Source: a bacterium
GTDB taxonomy: Bacteria > UBA8248
Direction of reading: 5' to 3'
DNA: 64,000 bases
Assembly (NCBI GenBank): GCA_965221655.1
Contig: OZ244906.1
Location: 1,136,009-1,200,008 of the forward strand
Notes under the pieces: generated by a model
Databases searched by the model: none
What the model saw: only the letters and a program-made list of their open reading frames with translations
What the model was told of the DNA's origin: nothing
Shown: piece after piece, positions 38,140-48,675 of the stretch
How positions within the stretch are numbered: position 1 is the first letter of the stretch
Layout: the number at the start of each line of letters is the position of its first letter
Position numbers and translations under genes: made by a program

Positions 38140-40365
38140 ATGGACACGACGCCCGACGGCAGACACGGCAAGAGCGAATCCTGGGTGCGGGAATGGGTGG
38201 GTCGGTGCGCGCTCTCCCCTGCGGGCAACGTGGAGGCGGGTGCGTGGGGCACGTGGACGCTCACCTACCACGTGGGCAAATACGGCGTGGACGACGGCGG
38301 CACCATCGTGCTCTCGCGTCGGTTCGCCAGCGATTGGGGCAGACCCCGGACGGACGACCCGGGCGCGGCCCACTACGCGAGCGTCTCCACGACCGGGCAA
38401 GCCACGCTCAGAATGCGCTGGGACCCCAAATCGAACGTACGACCCTGGCAGCAGGGGCTGGCCATCGACGTGTTCGACAGCTACCTGGCCGAGGGCGACA
38501 CGGTGACCATCGTCCTGGGCGACACGAGCGGCGGCGGCCCGGGCACCCGCGCCCAGACGTTTTGCGAAAAAAACTTTCGCTTCCGCGTCTTCGTCGATTG
38601 CTTCGGCTCGAACCGCTTCATCGAGGCTGCAGACACGCCCACTTTCGCTATCACACCGGGCGCACCCGCCCGCCTCGTGATCCACGGCGCGACCGAGCAG
38701 GCTCCGGGCGAGACCTCCTGGGCACTGGTGAAGCTCGAGGACGTATGGGGCAACCCGTGCCGGGACGTGGAGGCGCAAGTCCTCCTCTCCGCGGAGGGCG
38801 CCGCCTGCGAGGGACTGCCGGCCAGCGTGCGCTTCGAGCGCGGCAGGCCCGCCATGGTGCGCCTTGAGGGCCTCCGCTGGGAGGCAGGGGGTTGCGGACG
38901 CATACGCGGCGAGGCGAACGCCGACCTCCCTCCCGCATACGGCAACTACACGCGCGCCACGGAGAAGGCGCATCGCTGGAAGCCGTTTTGGGGCGACCTC
39001 CACGGCCAGAGCGAAGAGACGGTGGGAACGAACACGGCGGACGATTACTTCGCCTTCGCGCGCGATATGGCCGGGGCGCAGTTTTGCTGCCATCAGGGAA
39101 ACGACTTTCAGGTCACGGAAGAGACCTGGCAGGCCATTCGCACGGCCACGCAGAAATACAACGCGCCGGGGCGTTTCGTCACGTTTCTGGGCGTGGAGTG
39201 GTCCGCCGTGACGGGCATGGGCGGTGACAGGAACGTCATCTACCTCGGTGACGACGGCCCCCTGCACCGCACCAGCCACTGGCAAATCGACGACTGGTCC
39301 GATCAGCAAACCGACAGATACCCCCTGGACGCCCTCTACGACACCCTGGGGGGACGCCGCGACGTCATGCTCGTGCCCCACGTGGGCGGCAGGCGCGCGA
39401 GCCTGGACTACCACCACCCGGGCATCGAGCGCGTCATGGAAATCTACTCCTCCTGGGGGCGGTTCGAATGGTTCGTGGAAGAGGCTCTGGAGAAAGGCTG
39501 GCGCGTGGGCATCACGGCGGGCAGCGACGGCCACAAGGGACGCCCCGGGGCCAGCTACCCCGGCGCCGCCATATTTGGCGTCTACGGCGGCTACCTGTGC
39601 ATCTACGCGGAGGAACTCTCGCGCGAGAGTCTGTGGGAGGCGATTCGCGCGCGGCGCGTCTACGCGACGACGGGCAAGAAGATGCACCTCGCCTTCTCGG
39701 CGGGGGAGCACTTCATGGGAGAGGAATTTGCCTCCCCCACCCCCCCTGTCTTCGAGGTGCGAACAACGGGCGAGTGCGGCATCGAGTCGATAGAACTCCG
39801 GCGCGCCTCCCGCACCATCGCCTCCTTCCGCCCCAAGGACGCGGGCGCGCGCGATTCGGAGTGGTTCCGCGTCTCCTGGAGCGGCGCGCGCATTCGCCAG
39901 CGCAACCGCCAGACGCACTGGCACGGGGGGCTGCGCGTGGACGCAGGAACCATCGAAGAACCCAGGAACTGGCAGGTGGACAACATCGAAGAAGGCATCC
40001 AGAGCGCGGATGCGCGCAGCATTCGCTGGCACAGCCGCACCACCGGCGACGCGGACGGCGTGGAGTTTCGCCTCGCCGAGGGAGCGGGGGCGACGCTTGC
40101 CTTTGAGACCGAGGTTGTATCCTTCGAGGTAAACCTCGACGAGGTAGGCCCCGTTCCCCACGTCGTAGAGGCGGGCGGCGTGCGCCAGATGGTGGAGGTG
40201 CAGCGCATCGACCCCGCGCCCGGCTCGCCCGAGGCGCGCGTTGCGTTTACGGTCGGGGAGGAGGATTTTCACGACGGCTGGAACCCCTACTTCGTCCGCA
40301 TCATGCAAGAAGACGGGGCGCTGGCCTGGAGCAGCCCGATTTTCGTGGAGAAGACCGGACAATGA
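38140..40365 (+). CDS. DUF3604-like protein of unknown function
   Basis: 741 aa; His/Asp-rich segments (WGDLHGQSEETVGTN, CCHQGNDFQ, MLVPHVGGRRASLDYHHPG, GITAGSDGHKG) suggest a metal-dependent hydrolase fold. Family assignment recalled, not searched. Confidence 0.45.
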   Translation: MDTTPDGRHGKSESWVREWVGRCALSPAGNVEAGAWGTWTLTYHVGKYGVDDGGTIVLSRRFASDWGRPRTDDPGAAHYASVSTTGQATLRMRWDPKSNVRPWQQGLAIDVFDSYLAEGDTVTIVLGDTSGGGPGTRAQTFCEKNFRFRVFVDCFGSNRFIEAADTPTFAITPGAPARLVIHGATEQAPGETSWALVKLEDVWGNPCRDVEAQVLLSAEGAACEGLPASVRFERGRPAMVRLEGLRWEAGGCGRIRGEANADLPPAYGNYTRATEKAHRWKPFWGDLHGQSEETVGTNTADDYFAFARDMAGAQFCCHQGNDFQVTEETWQAIRTATQKYNAPGRFVTFLGVEWSAVTGMGGDRNVIYLGDDGPLHRTSHWQIDDWSDQQTDRYPLDALYDTLGGRRDVMLVPHVGGRRASLDYHHPGIERVMEIYSSWGRFEWFVEEALEKGWRVGITAGSDGHKGRPGASYPGAAIFGVYGGYLCIYAEELSRESLWEAIRARRVYATTGKKMHLAFSAGEHFMGEEFASPTPPVFEVRTTGECGIESIELRRASRTIASFRPKDAGARDSEWFRVSWSGARIRQRNRQTHWHGGLRVDAGTIEEPRNWQVDNIEEGIQSADARSIRWHSRTTGDADGVEFRLAEGAGATLAFETEVVSFEVNLDEVGPVPHVVEAGGVRQMVEVQRIDPAPGSPEARVAFTVGEEDFHDGWNPYFVRIMQEDGALAWSSPIFVEKTGQ

Positions 40366-41087
40366 CGCAGGAAGCGCTTCCCGCCCTGGCCGAGGACTGG
40401 GAGCGGGCTCTCGCCATCGTCGCACACCCCGACGACATGGAATTCGGCGCGGCGAGTGCCGTCGCCAGGTGGACGGACCAGGGCAAGGAGGTCTCCTACG
40501 TGCTCATGACGAGCGGGGAGGCGGGCATAGACGGCATGACGCCCCAGGAAGCCGGCCCCGCAAGGGAAGAGGAGCAACGCGCGAGTGCGGAGATCGTCGG
40601 CGCGCAAGGGGTGGAATTTCTCGGCTATACCGACGGCGTCATCGAATACGGCCTGGACCTGAGGCGCGACCTCGCGCGGAAGATCAGGCAACACCGCCCC
40701 GAGGTGCTGATCACCCTCTCCCACCACCTCACCTGGCCGGGCGGGCAACTGAACATGGCGGATCACCGCTGGCTCGCCTACGGGGTGATGGACGCGGCCC
40801 GCGACGCGGGCAACCGCTGGATTTTCCCTGAACTGCTCGAAGAGGGCCTCGCACCCTGGAGCGGCGTGCGCATGGTGTTGTGCAGCGGTTCTCCCGCACC
40901 CACGCACGCCGTGGACGTGAGCGCACACCTCGAGAGAGGAATCGCCTCCCTGCAGGCACACGCACTCTACATCGAGAACCTCGCACAAGACTTTGACCCC
41001 GTCGATTTCCTCACCCGCGCCGCACAGGAGACGGGAAAACGCGCGGGATGCCGCTACGCGGTATCTTTCGAGACGATTTTGGTATAA
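40362..41087 (+). CDS. PIG-L (LmbE-like) family deacetylase
   Basis: ALAIVAHPDDMEFGAASAV...SYVLMTSGEAG... is the zinc-binding AHPDDE motif of the GlcNAc-PI de-N-acetylase family. ATG overlaps the upstream stop (ATGA). Confidence 0.8.
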   Translation: MTQEALPALAEDWERALAIVAHPDDMEFGAASAVARWTDQGKEVSYVLMTSGEAGIDGMTPQEAGPAREEEQRASAEIVGAQGVEFLGYTDGVIEYGLDLRRDLARKIRQHRPEVLITLSHHLTWPGGQLNMADHRWLAYGVMDAARDAGNRWIFPELLEEGLAPWSGVRMVLCSGSPAPTHAVDVSAHLERGIASLQAHALYIENLAQDFDPVDFLTRAAQETGKRAGCRYAVSFETILV

Positions 41088-41195
41088 ATATCGACGGGCG
41101 GAGTTACCGACCCGGCTGCGAATCGGGTAGTATGCGTCTGCAGCGGGACTTTTCGGTCTTCACGATATCGATTTGCAGCCCCGACGAGGAAGCGA

Positions 41196-42140
41196 ATGCT
41201 TGACGACGCAACAAAACAGGAACTCAGGGAAAAACACTACAATTCCACGCTCGTCGACATCGTGTGGATGCACGATACGCTGGCGCGCTTTCGCGTAAAG
41301 CCCGATTTCGCGTTTCCCGAATACAAATCGGGGCAATACACGACGCTGGGGCTGGGCAACTGGGAGCCGCGCCACACGGACGCCGTAAAGGAAAAGGAAC
41401 TCGACGAGAAGAGAATCCGCCGTCTGGGCAGGCGCGCCTATTCCGTCTCCCATCCGGTGGTGAACGACGCGGGCGATTTGTACCCGGTCGATGATCTCGA
41501 CTTTCTCGAGTTCTACATCGTCATGGTCACGGGCGTGGAAGGCGAGCCCGCCCCGCTCCTCACCCCGAGGCTGTTTTTGCTCGGTGCGGGCGACCGCATC
41601 TATATGGGCACGAAATTCACGGGCGAATACACGCTCGAGTGCATGAACGACATCCGGGAGAAAGAAGACTCCCTCGTCGTCTTCGCGGGCACGGGCACGG
41701 GCGAGGGGCCGCACAACCACATGATATGGGAGCTCCTCCGCACCGGCTACAAGGGCCGCATCGCCAGCATCAACGTCGTGCGCTACAAGCAGGACCTCGC
41801 CTACGAGCACCTCTACCGCGACCTCGAGAAAAAACACCCCGCGCTCTCCTACCACACCCTCACCACGCGCGAGGCCGACACCATCAACAACAAGGTCTAC
41901 GTGCAGGACTACCTGGCGTCGGGCGCGTTCGAGGAGAACCTGGGGCGGAAGATGGACCCTGCGGACACGCACATCTTCCTGTGCGGCAACCCCGCCATGA
42001 TCGGCATCCCCAAGGTGCGCGAAGGCCAGAAGATATGGCCCGAGGGCGCGCCGGGCGTCATCCAGATCATGGAGGAACGCGGCTTTACGATGGACTACGG
42101 CCGGACGAAGGGAAACATCCACTACGAAAAATACTGGTAG
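41196..42140 (+). CDS. ferredoxin--NADP+ reductase-type FAD/NAD(P)-binding oxidoreductase
   Basis: ...RRAYSVSHP... (FAD RxYS motif), ...VVFAGTGTGEGP... (NADP glycine-rich motif), C-terminal ...HYEKYW typical of plant-type FNR. Confidence 0.7.
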   Translation: MLDDATKQELREKHYNSTLVDIVWMHDTLARFRVKPDFAFPEYKSGQYTTLGLGNWEPRHTDAVKEKELDEKRIRRLGRRAYSVSHPVVNDAGDLYPVDDLDFLEFYIVMVTGVEGEPAPLLTPRLFLLGAGDRIYMGTKFTGEYTLECMNDIREKEDSLVVFAGTGTGEGPHNHMIWELLRTGYKGRIASINVVRYKQDLAYEHLYRDLEKKHPALSYHTLTTREADTINNKVYVQDYLASGAFEENLGRKMDPADTHIFLCGNPAMIGIPKVREGQKIWPEGAPGVIQIMEERGFTMDYGRTKGNIHYEKYW

Positions 42141-42183
42141 CCCCCGCACCCCGACCGCGCAGACGCAACGCACGGGAGGAACC

Positions 42184-42963
42184 ATGCCCGATTTCATCCA
42201 TGAAACCCAGGGGGCCGTCTGCACCTTCCAGATCAACCGAAAAGACGTCCGAAACGCCGTCAACGAAGAAATTATGCAAGGGTTCGCGAACGCCCTCGAC
42301 GCTCTGGAAGCCTCGCGTACGGTGCGCGCCGTCATCCTCACCGCGGCGGGAGAGGAGGCGTTTTGCTCGGGCGGCGACCTCAAGTGGCTCCAGTCCTTCA
42401 AGACGCGCGAGGAGGGCATGGGCATGAGCAGGCGCATGCAGGAAATCCTCGCGCGCCTCTCGAGCCTGCCCGTTCCCGTCATCGCCGTCTTGAACGGATA
42501 CGCCCTGGGCGGCGGCACGGAGATTGCCCTGGCGTGCGACGTGCGCGTCATGGAAGAACACGCCTACATGAGTTTCAAGCAAGCCCGCGTGGGTCTCATG
42601 ACGGGCTGGGGCGGCGGCGGACGCTTGCTGCGCCTCGTGGGCTACGGGCGGGCCGTGGAGCTGTTGACCACCTGCAAGAACGTAGGCGCCGACGACGCAC
42701 TCGGCATGGGACTCGCCAACGCCGTCGTACCCAGGGGAGAGGGGCTGGGCGCCGCGCGGGCGATGGCGGGAGAAATCGCCAAAAGCGCCCCGGGCGCGAT
42801 TCGCTCGATCAAGGAATTGCTCTTGTTCGGAATGGACAATACACTCGAGAAAACGAGGGACGCCGAATCCTCCCTGTTCGCGGATCTTTGGATCTCCGAG
42901 GCGCACGACGAGGCGATCAGCGCGTTTTTCGAAAAACGCGCCCCCAACTTCAGCCGGAGCTGA
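42184..42963 (+). CDS. enoyl-CoA hydratase/isomerase (crotonase) family protein
   Basis: ...AVCTFQINRKDVRNAVNEEIM...RAVILTAAGEEAFCSGGDLKW...VIAVLNGYALGGGTEIALACDVRV... is the crotonase-fold signature. Confidence 0.8.
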   Translation: MPDFIHETQGAVCTFQINRKDVRNAVNEEIMQGFANALDALEASRTVRAVILTAAGEEAFCSGGDLKWLQSFKTREEGMGMSRRMQEILARLSSLPVPVIAVLNGYALGGGTEIALACDVRVMEEHAYMSFKQARVGLMTGWGGGGRLLRLVGYGRAVELLTTCKNVGADDALGMGLANAVVPRGEGLGAARAMAGEIAKSAPGAIRSIKELLLFGMDNTLEKTRDAESSLFADLWISEAHDEAISAFFEKRAPNFSRS

Positions 42964-42968
42964 CGACG

Positions 42969-44555
<1,587 letters not shown>

Positions 44556-44574
44556 CACAAGCGCCGCGCACCCC

Positions 44575-44603
44575 TTGCCCGATGGGGCGAAAAACGGAAT
44601 AAT
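44575..44603 (+). promoter_or_regulatory. sigma70-like promoter: -35 TTGCCC (44575-44580), 17-nt spacer, -10 AATAAT (44598-44603)
   Basis: Sits in the 119-nt gap upstream of the AOR-family gene. AGGAGG (44658-44663) lies 11 nt ahead of ATG 44675. Confidence 0.4.
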
Positions 44604-44674
44604 CGCCTTAAAAGAAAACGCGCGGGAAACGACGCGAATCCCCCGATACGCATTCACAGGAGGTGGGCATCACA

Positions 44675-46543
44675 ATGTGGACGGACGCCAAAAACGGCAA
44701 TAACGCGCCGACCGATTACAACTACAGAAGCGCCACCGTCGATCTGGACAGCGGAACCATCACGATCGAGGACAAGCCGTGCAAGGACCTGGAGGATTTT
44801 CTCGGCGGAATCGGCAGAATCTTCAAGGTGCTCGCCGACCACGACGTCTCTGACCCCTACGACCCCGCCGCCCCCCTCGTCATGGAACTGGGGTGTTTTT
44901 CGGGCACGAACCTCATGACGGGGCTGCGCACCTTCTTCGGCGGCTACAGCCCGCTCAAGAGCACGCGGGCGGGCGCGCCTTCGGCCATGTACTCCGCGGG
45001 CTCGGGCAAGTTCGGCACCAAGGTGGCCTGCGCGGGGGTCGACGAAATCATCTTCACGGGCCGGAGCGAGAAGCCCGTGACGCTGGTGATCAAGAGCGAC
45101 GCCCTGGGCGGTCCGGCCAGCCTCGAGCTCGTCGACGCCTCCGCGCTCTTGGGCAAGGATTCGCACGAGAAGATCATGGCCCTCGCCGCCGAATACGACG
45201 ACGCGCATTTCGCCGTCATCGGCCCGCCGGGGGAGAATTATGAGACGAACCGCATGGCGTCCATCGTCCTGAGCACGGAGAACCAGCTCAAGACCGCCGA
45301 ATGCAAGCCGCGCTTTTGCGGGCGCGGGGGCTTCGGCGGCGTGATGGGGTCGAAAAACCTCATCGCCATCGTGGCACAGGCGCCCGACGACAAATCGCCC
45401 GTCACGAACGTCGTCAAGGAGGCGAACAAGGTCATCTCCCGCGGTGCGGGCTCGAAGAACTACCGCGACGCCTACAAGGCCGACGGCGGCGGCGGCACGT
45501 GGCGCAACATCGCGGGTCTGCACCCTCTGGGCTGCCTGCCCGAGAGAAATTTCTGGGCACCGGGCAACGACGACGCCGTAAGCCTCTACCGCGGCAGCTT
45601 CGAGGAACCCTACGTCGTCAAGGACGAGTCGTGCTTCAAGTGCGGCATCGCCTGCCACAAGAACATCTACGACCGCCCCGAGGGCGAGACCGCCGAGGGA
45701 CGCAAGGCGAAAAAAGGCAAGTTCCGCGTCAAGTTCGACTACGAGCCGCTCGACCTCATCACGGCGAACTGCGGCGTCTACGACGCGGAGGAATCGCTCG
45801 ACCTCGTGGAGCTGGGCGACCGCATGGGGTATGACGCCATCAGCCTGGGTGCGACCATCAGCTACGCCATGGAGTGGAACGAGCGCAACCCCGACAAACC
45901 CGTGCTCGACGACATCCGCTTCGGCGACGCGAAGAAGATGGAGGAGTTGATACGCAAGGCGGCGGCGGGCGAGTGCGAAGAGTTGGCACAGGGAACCATG
46001 CGCCTCGCCCAGCAGTGCGGCGACCTCTCTTTCGCCATGCAGGGCAAAGGTCTCGAATACCCCGCCTACCTGCCGGAAACCAACCCGGGCTACCCCTGGG
46101 CACTGGCCGGCGGGCACATGAGCATGCGCACGTTTTTGCTCCTCATCCTGGACGGCCAGCAGACCGACATCGATTATTGGGAAAACGCCATCCTGAACGG
46201 CATCTACTACACGCGCGACGACCTCATCGGCACGTGCAAGTTCGCGGGCGCACCCAACGAGAACGTCGTCGACAGCCTCAACGACATGTTCGGCCTCTCC
46301 CTGACGGAGGATAACGTGAACCAGGCCATCCGGCGCTCCTACCTCCGGGGGCGTCTGCTCGAGAAGAAGGTGGGCTACACCGACGAGGAATACGACGTTC
46401 CCGCCCGCGTCTACGAGCAGACGAACGAGAACGTGAAGATGCCCGCCTTCATCACGCGCGAGTTCATGGACGAACTCAAAAAGCGCACCGAGGCGAACTG
46501 GGACAGGCTCACCGAGGAAGAAGGCATCGCCCTGCCCGCCTGA
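44675..46543 (+). CDS. aldehyde:ferredoxin oxidoreductase (AOR) family tungsten/molybdopterin enzyme
   Basis: MWTDAKNGNNAPTDYNYRSATVDLDSGTITIEDKPCKDLEDFLGGIGRIFKVL... (AFOR_N), ...ESCFKCGIACHK... ([4Fe-4S] Cys cluster), large C-terminal AFOR_C region. 622 aa. Confidence 0.8.
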   Translation: MWTDAKNGNNAPTDYNYRSATVDLDSGTITIEDKPCKDLEDFLGGIGRIFKVLADHDVSDPYDPAAPLVMELGCFSGTNLMTGLRTFFGGYSPLKSTRAGAPSAMYSAGSGKFGTKVACAGVDEIIFTGRSEKPVTLVIKSDALGGPASLELVDASALLGKDSHEKIMALAAEYDDAHFAVIGPPGENYETNRMASIVLSTENQLKTAECKPRFCGRGGFGGVMGSKNLIAIVAQAPDDKSPVTNVVKEANKVISRGAGSKNYRDAYKADGGGGTWRNIAGLHPLGCLPERNFWAPGNDDAVSLYRGSFEEPYVVKDESCFKCGIACHKNIYDRPEGETAEGRKAKKGKFRVKFDYEPLDLITANCGVYDAEESLDLVELGDRMGYDAISLGATISYAMEWNERNPDKPVLDDIRFGDAKKMEELIRKAAAGECEELAQGTMRLAQQCGDLSFAMQGKGLEYPAYLPETNPGYPWALAGGHMSMRTFLLLILDGQQTDIDYWENAILNGIYYTRDDLIGTCKFAGAPNENVVDSLNDMFGLSLTEDNVNQAIRRSYLRGRLLEKKVGYTDEEYDVPARVYEQTNENVKMPAFITREFMDELKKRTEANWDRLTEEEGIALPA

Positions 46544-46565
46544 GGGAAAGCATTCATGGCCGCGC

Positions 46566-47270
46566 TCAGACTCCCCGCTTCTCCCCCCACAGCATCACGT
46601 GCAGCCTCGGGGTGAAGCGAAAGCCGCGCTTCATCGAGGCTTCCGCGAGGGGCAGGAGCCTGTGCTCCATCTGCGCGCGCGTCTTGCCGCCGGGCGAGAC
46701 GACCACGCGGCTGCGCGGGAAATCGTCGAGGCCGTATGCGGCCAGCATGGCCTCGACCTCCTCAAGTTCCTCCTCCCCGTGCACGACGAACTTGAGGTAG
46801 GCCTCTTTCGCACGGCGGAGCCAGTCCAGGGTTTGGGGGCGTTTTTCCTGCGCGATGCGCGCCGAGGCGAGCTTGGGCGAGACGTTCCACTGGCTCACCC
46901 GCTCGAGAGCATTCGCATCCGGCGGAACGTGGCCCGCCGTTTCCACTTCTATCCGCAGGCCCGCTTCGTGCAAGGAGGCGACGAGGGGGGCGAACTGCGG
47001 GGATTCGAGCGGCTCTCCTCCCGTCACCACCACCTGTGCGCCCGCGTGGGCGGCGCAGAAGTCGAGGATTTCGGAAATTCTTCTCTCCTCGACCGGCGGC
47101 CCTGACCAGGAGTATTTCGTGTCGCACCAAACACAACCCACCGAGCAGCCCATGAGGCGCACGAAGACCGAGGGTCGCCCGATGGTGGCGCCCTCGCCCT
47201 GTAAGGAGAAGAAGAGCGGATCGGCGAGTGCGACCCGCACGTCTTCGTCTTTCTCGATGCGCAGCCTCAC
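46566..47270 (-). CDS. queE: 7-carboxy-7-deazaguanine synthase QueE (radical SAM)
   Basis: From GTG 47270: VRLRIEKDEDVRVALADPLFFSLQGEGATIGRPSVFVRLMGCSVGCVWCDTKYSW is the QueE-type CxxxCxxC cluster motif. About 234 aa. The Gly/Arg-rich 68 aa upstream in the track ORF is not coding. Confidence 0.75.
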   Translation of the reverse strand: MRLRIEKDEDVRVALADPLFFSLQGEGATIGRPSVFVRLMGCSVGCVWCDTKYSWSGPPVEERRISEILDFCAAHAGAQVVVTGGEPLESPQFAPLVASLHEAGLRIEVETAGHVPPDANALERVSQWNVSPKLASARIAQEKRPQTLDWLRRAKEAYLKFVVHGEEELEEVEAMLAAYGLDDFPRSRVVVSPGGKTRAQMEHRLLPLAEASMKRGFRFTPRLHVMLWGEKRGV

Positions 47271-47353
47271 GCGATGCCTTTCTTCGCGGCGCTCGTTCGG
47301 GCGTCGGTCGCCCGGTGCACGTGAACCGGGGAGCGGAGAACCCGGGGAGAAAT

Positions 47354-47638
47354 CTACCCCAGAGCCGCCGCCACGATGAGCGCCACGGCGATGAATATTG
47401 CGCCCACCACGATGCCCACCGCCCTGTTCTGATCTTTGGAGAGGGCGTCGTTCACCGAAAAAGGCGTGATCCACTCGAAAATCTTGTAGCCGACCATCAG
47501 CAAGATGATGCCGACGAGGCCGTAGACTATCGAGAGAACGAGGCCCGTGCCGACTCCCATGCGCATCCCCGTCTCGGCAAGGGCCGGTGCGGGCGTCAGC
47601 ATCAGGCTCGAAACGGCGGCAACGGCGAATTGCTTCAT
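47354..47638 (-). CDS. DUF350 domain-containing membrane protein
   Basis: MKQFAVAAVSSLMLTPAPALAETGMRMGVGTGLVLSIVYGLVGIILLMVGYKIFEWITPFSVNDALSKDQNRAVGIVVGAIFIAVALIVAAALG: small two-TM DUF350 pattern. RBS GAGGAG sits ahead of ATG 47638. Confidence 0.6.
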   Translation of the reverse strand: MKQFAVAAVSSLMLTPAPALAETGMRMGVGTGLVLSIVYGLVGIILLMVGYKIFEWITPFSVNDALSKDQNRAVGIVVGAIFIAVALIVAAALG

Positions 47639-47879
47639 TTTGGAAACTCCTCGTAGGCGAAGGGAAACATCCATGGCGCTTCAGGCGTCAGCGTCAGGCG
47701 AAATGGTGAAAACGCGCGGGGCGCGCGAGCGAACCCAAGGCGTTCGCGCCTCGATATGCGTGTGAGACGGCGAGTGGAGAAAACGGGATCGGGCGCCATC
47801 TTCTACTCGGCCTCTCCGGGGGCGGGTTGTACAACTTGCATAGACTAGCAGGGAGCACGTGATTTCTCAACGCCTCGCT

Positions 47880-48659
47880 TCAGTCCCACTTCCTGCCCGG
47901 CATGTGGTTGTAGACGCTGCTCAGGATGCCGCCGTCGATGTCGAGGCGCGAGGCCGTAACCCAGTCGGATTCCTCCGAGAGCAGAAACAAAATGCCGTGC
48001 GCGATGTCCACGGGCTGTCCCACGCGGCCCAGGGGCGTCACCTCGCTTCTGCCTTTTTTGATCTCGGGGTCTTGCAGATAGGCCGTCAGCGGCGTCTCGG
48101 TGTGGCCCGGACACACGGCGTTCACGCGAATTTTCTTGCGCGCCCACTCGATGCCCAGCTGCTTCGAGAGCATGATGATGCCCGCCTTCACCGTGCTGTA
48201 CGCCCCCGACATGCCGTAGGGCTGCACGCCCGCGTTCGAGGAGAGGTTGACGATGACGCCCGCCCGCTCGTTCTCTATCAGCCAGCGGCCCGCCGCCTGG
48301 CACATGACGAACATGCCCGTAAGCCCTACGTCGAGCACCATCCTCCAGCTCGCGAGCGGCAGGTCGACCAGCGGGGCGGGGTCCATTCTGATGGCGCAGT
48401 TCACCAGATGATCCAGCCCGCCGAACGCGTCCACCGCGCGCTCGACCGCCGCCTGACACGAAGCCTCCTCCGTAACGTCGAGACGCTGGAACACCGCCTT
48501 GTCCCGACCCAGTTCCTCTTCCAGGCGCGCGCCCAGCTCCTCGTTCACGTCCCCGATGAGAACGCGGCCTCCTTGCTCCACGTACATTTCGCACGTCTTC
48601 GCACCAATGCCCCGCGCCCCACCCGCGACGATGCAGACCTTCCCGTCGAACCGGCCCAT
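47880..48659 (-). CDS. SDR family NAD(P)-dependent oxidoreductase
   Basis: FDGKVCIVAGGARGIGAKT (TGxxxGxG), ...YSTVKAG... (YxxxK), NAVCPGHTETP. Confidence 0.85.
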   Translation of the reverse strand: MGRFDGKVCIVAGGARGIGAKTCEMYVEQGGRVLIGDVNEELGARLEEELGRDKAVFQRLDVTEEASCQAAVERAVDAFGGLDHLVNCAIRMDPAPLVDLPLASWRMVLDVGLTGMFVMCQAAGRWLIENERAGVIVNLSSNAGVQPYGMSGAYSTVKAGIIMLSKQLGIEWARKKIRVNAVCPGHTETPLTAYLQDPEIKKGRSEVTPLGRVGQPVDIAHGILFLLSEESDWVTASRLDIDGGILSSVYNHMPGRKWD

Positions 48660-48675
48660 GTCTCTCCCCTCCGTC

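Noticed and set aside
37935-38264. Small ORFs (109 aa minus, 60 aa plus) in the intergenic region between the M20 peptidase and the DUF3604 gene
   Set aside because: They lie in the promoter and leader region (TTGTAT-N18-CATAAT at about 37997-38026). They have no RBS and low-complexity translations.
47271-47353. Possible preQ1 riboswitch upstream of queE
   Set aside because: The hairpins are present, but the compact preQ1-I architecture (hairpin immediately followed by an A-rich tail forming a pseudoknot with the SD) is not. About 25 nt of GC-rich spacer separate the hairpin from the A-rich SD region.
46972-47474. Long N-terminal extension of queE (track ORF 302 aa)
   Set aside because: The extension is Gly/Arg/His-rich (GGGHRGGRNIHRRGAHRGGGSG), with no RBS. 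QueE homology and a plausible GTG start with an AAAGG RBS begin at 47270.
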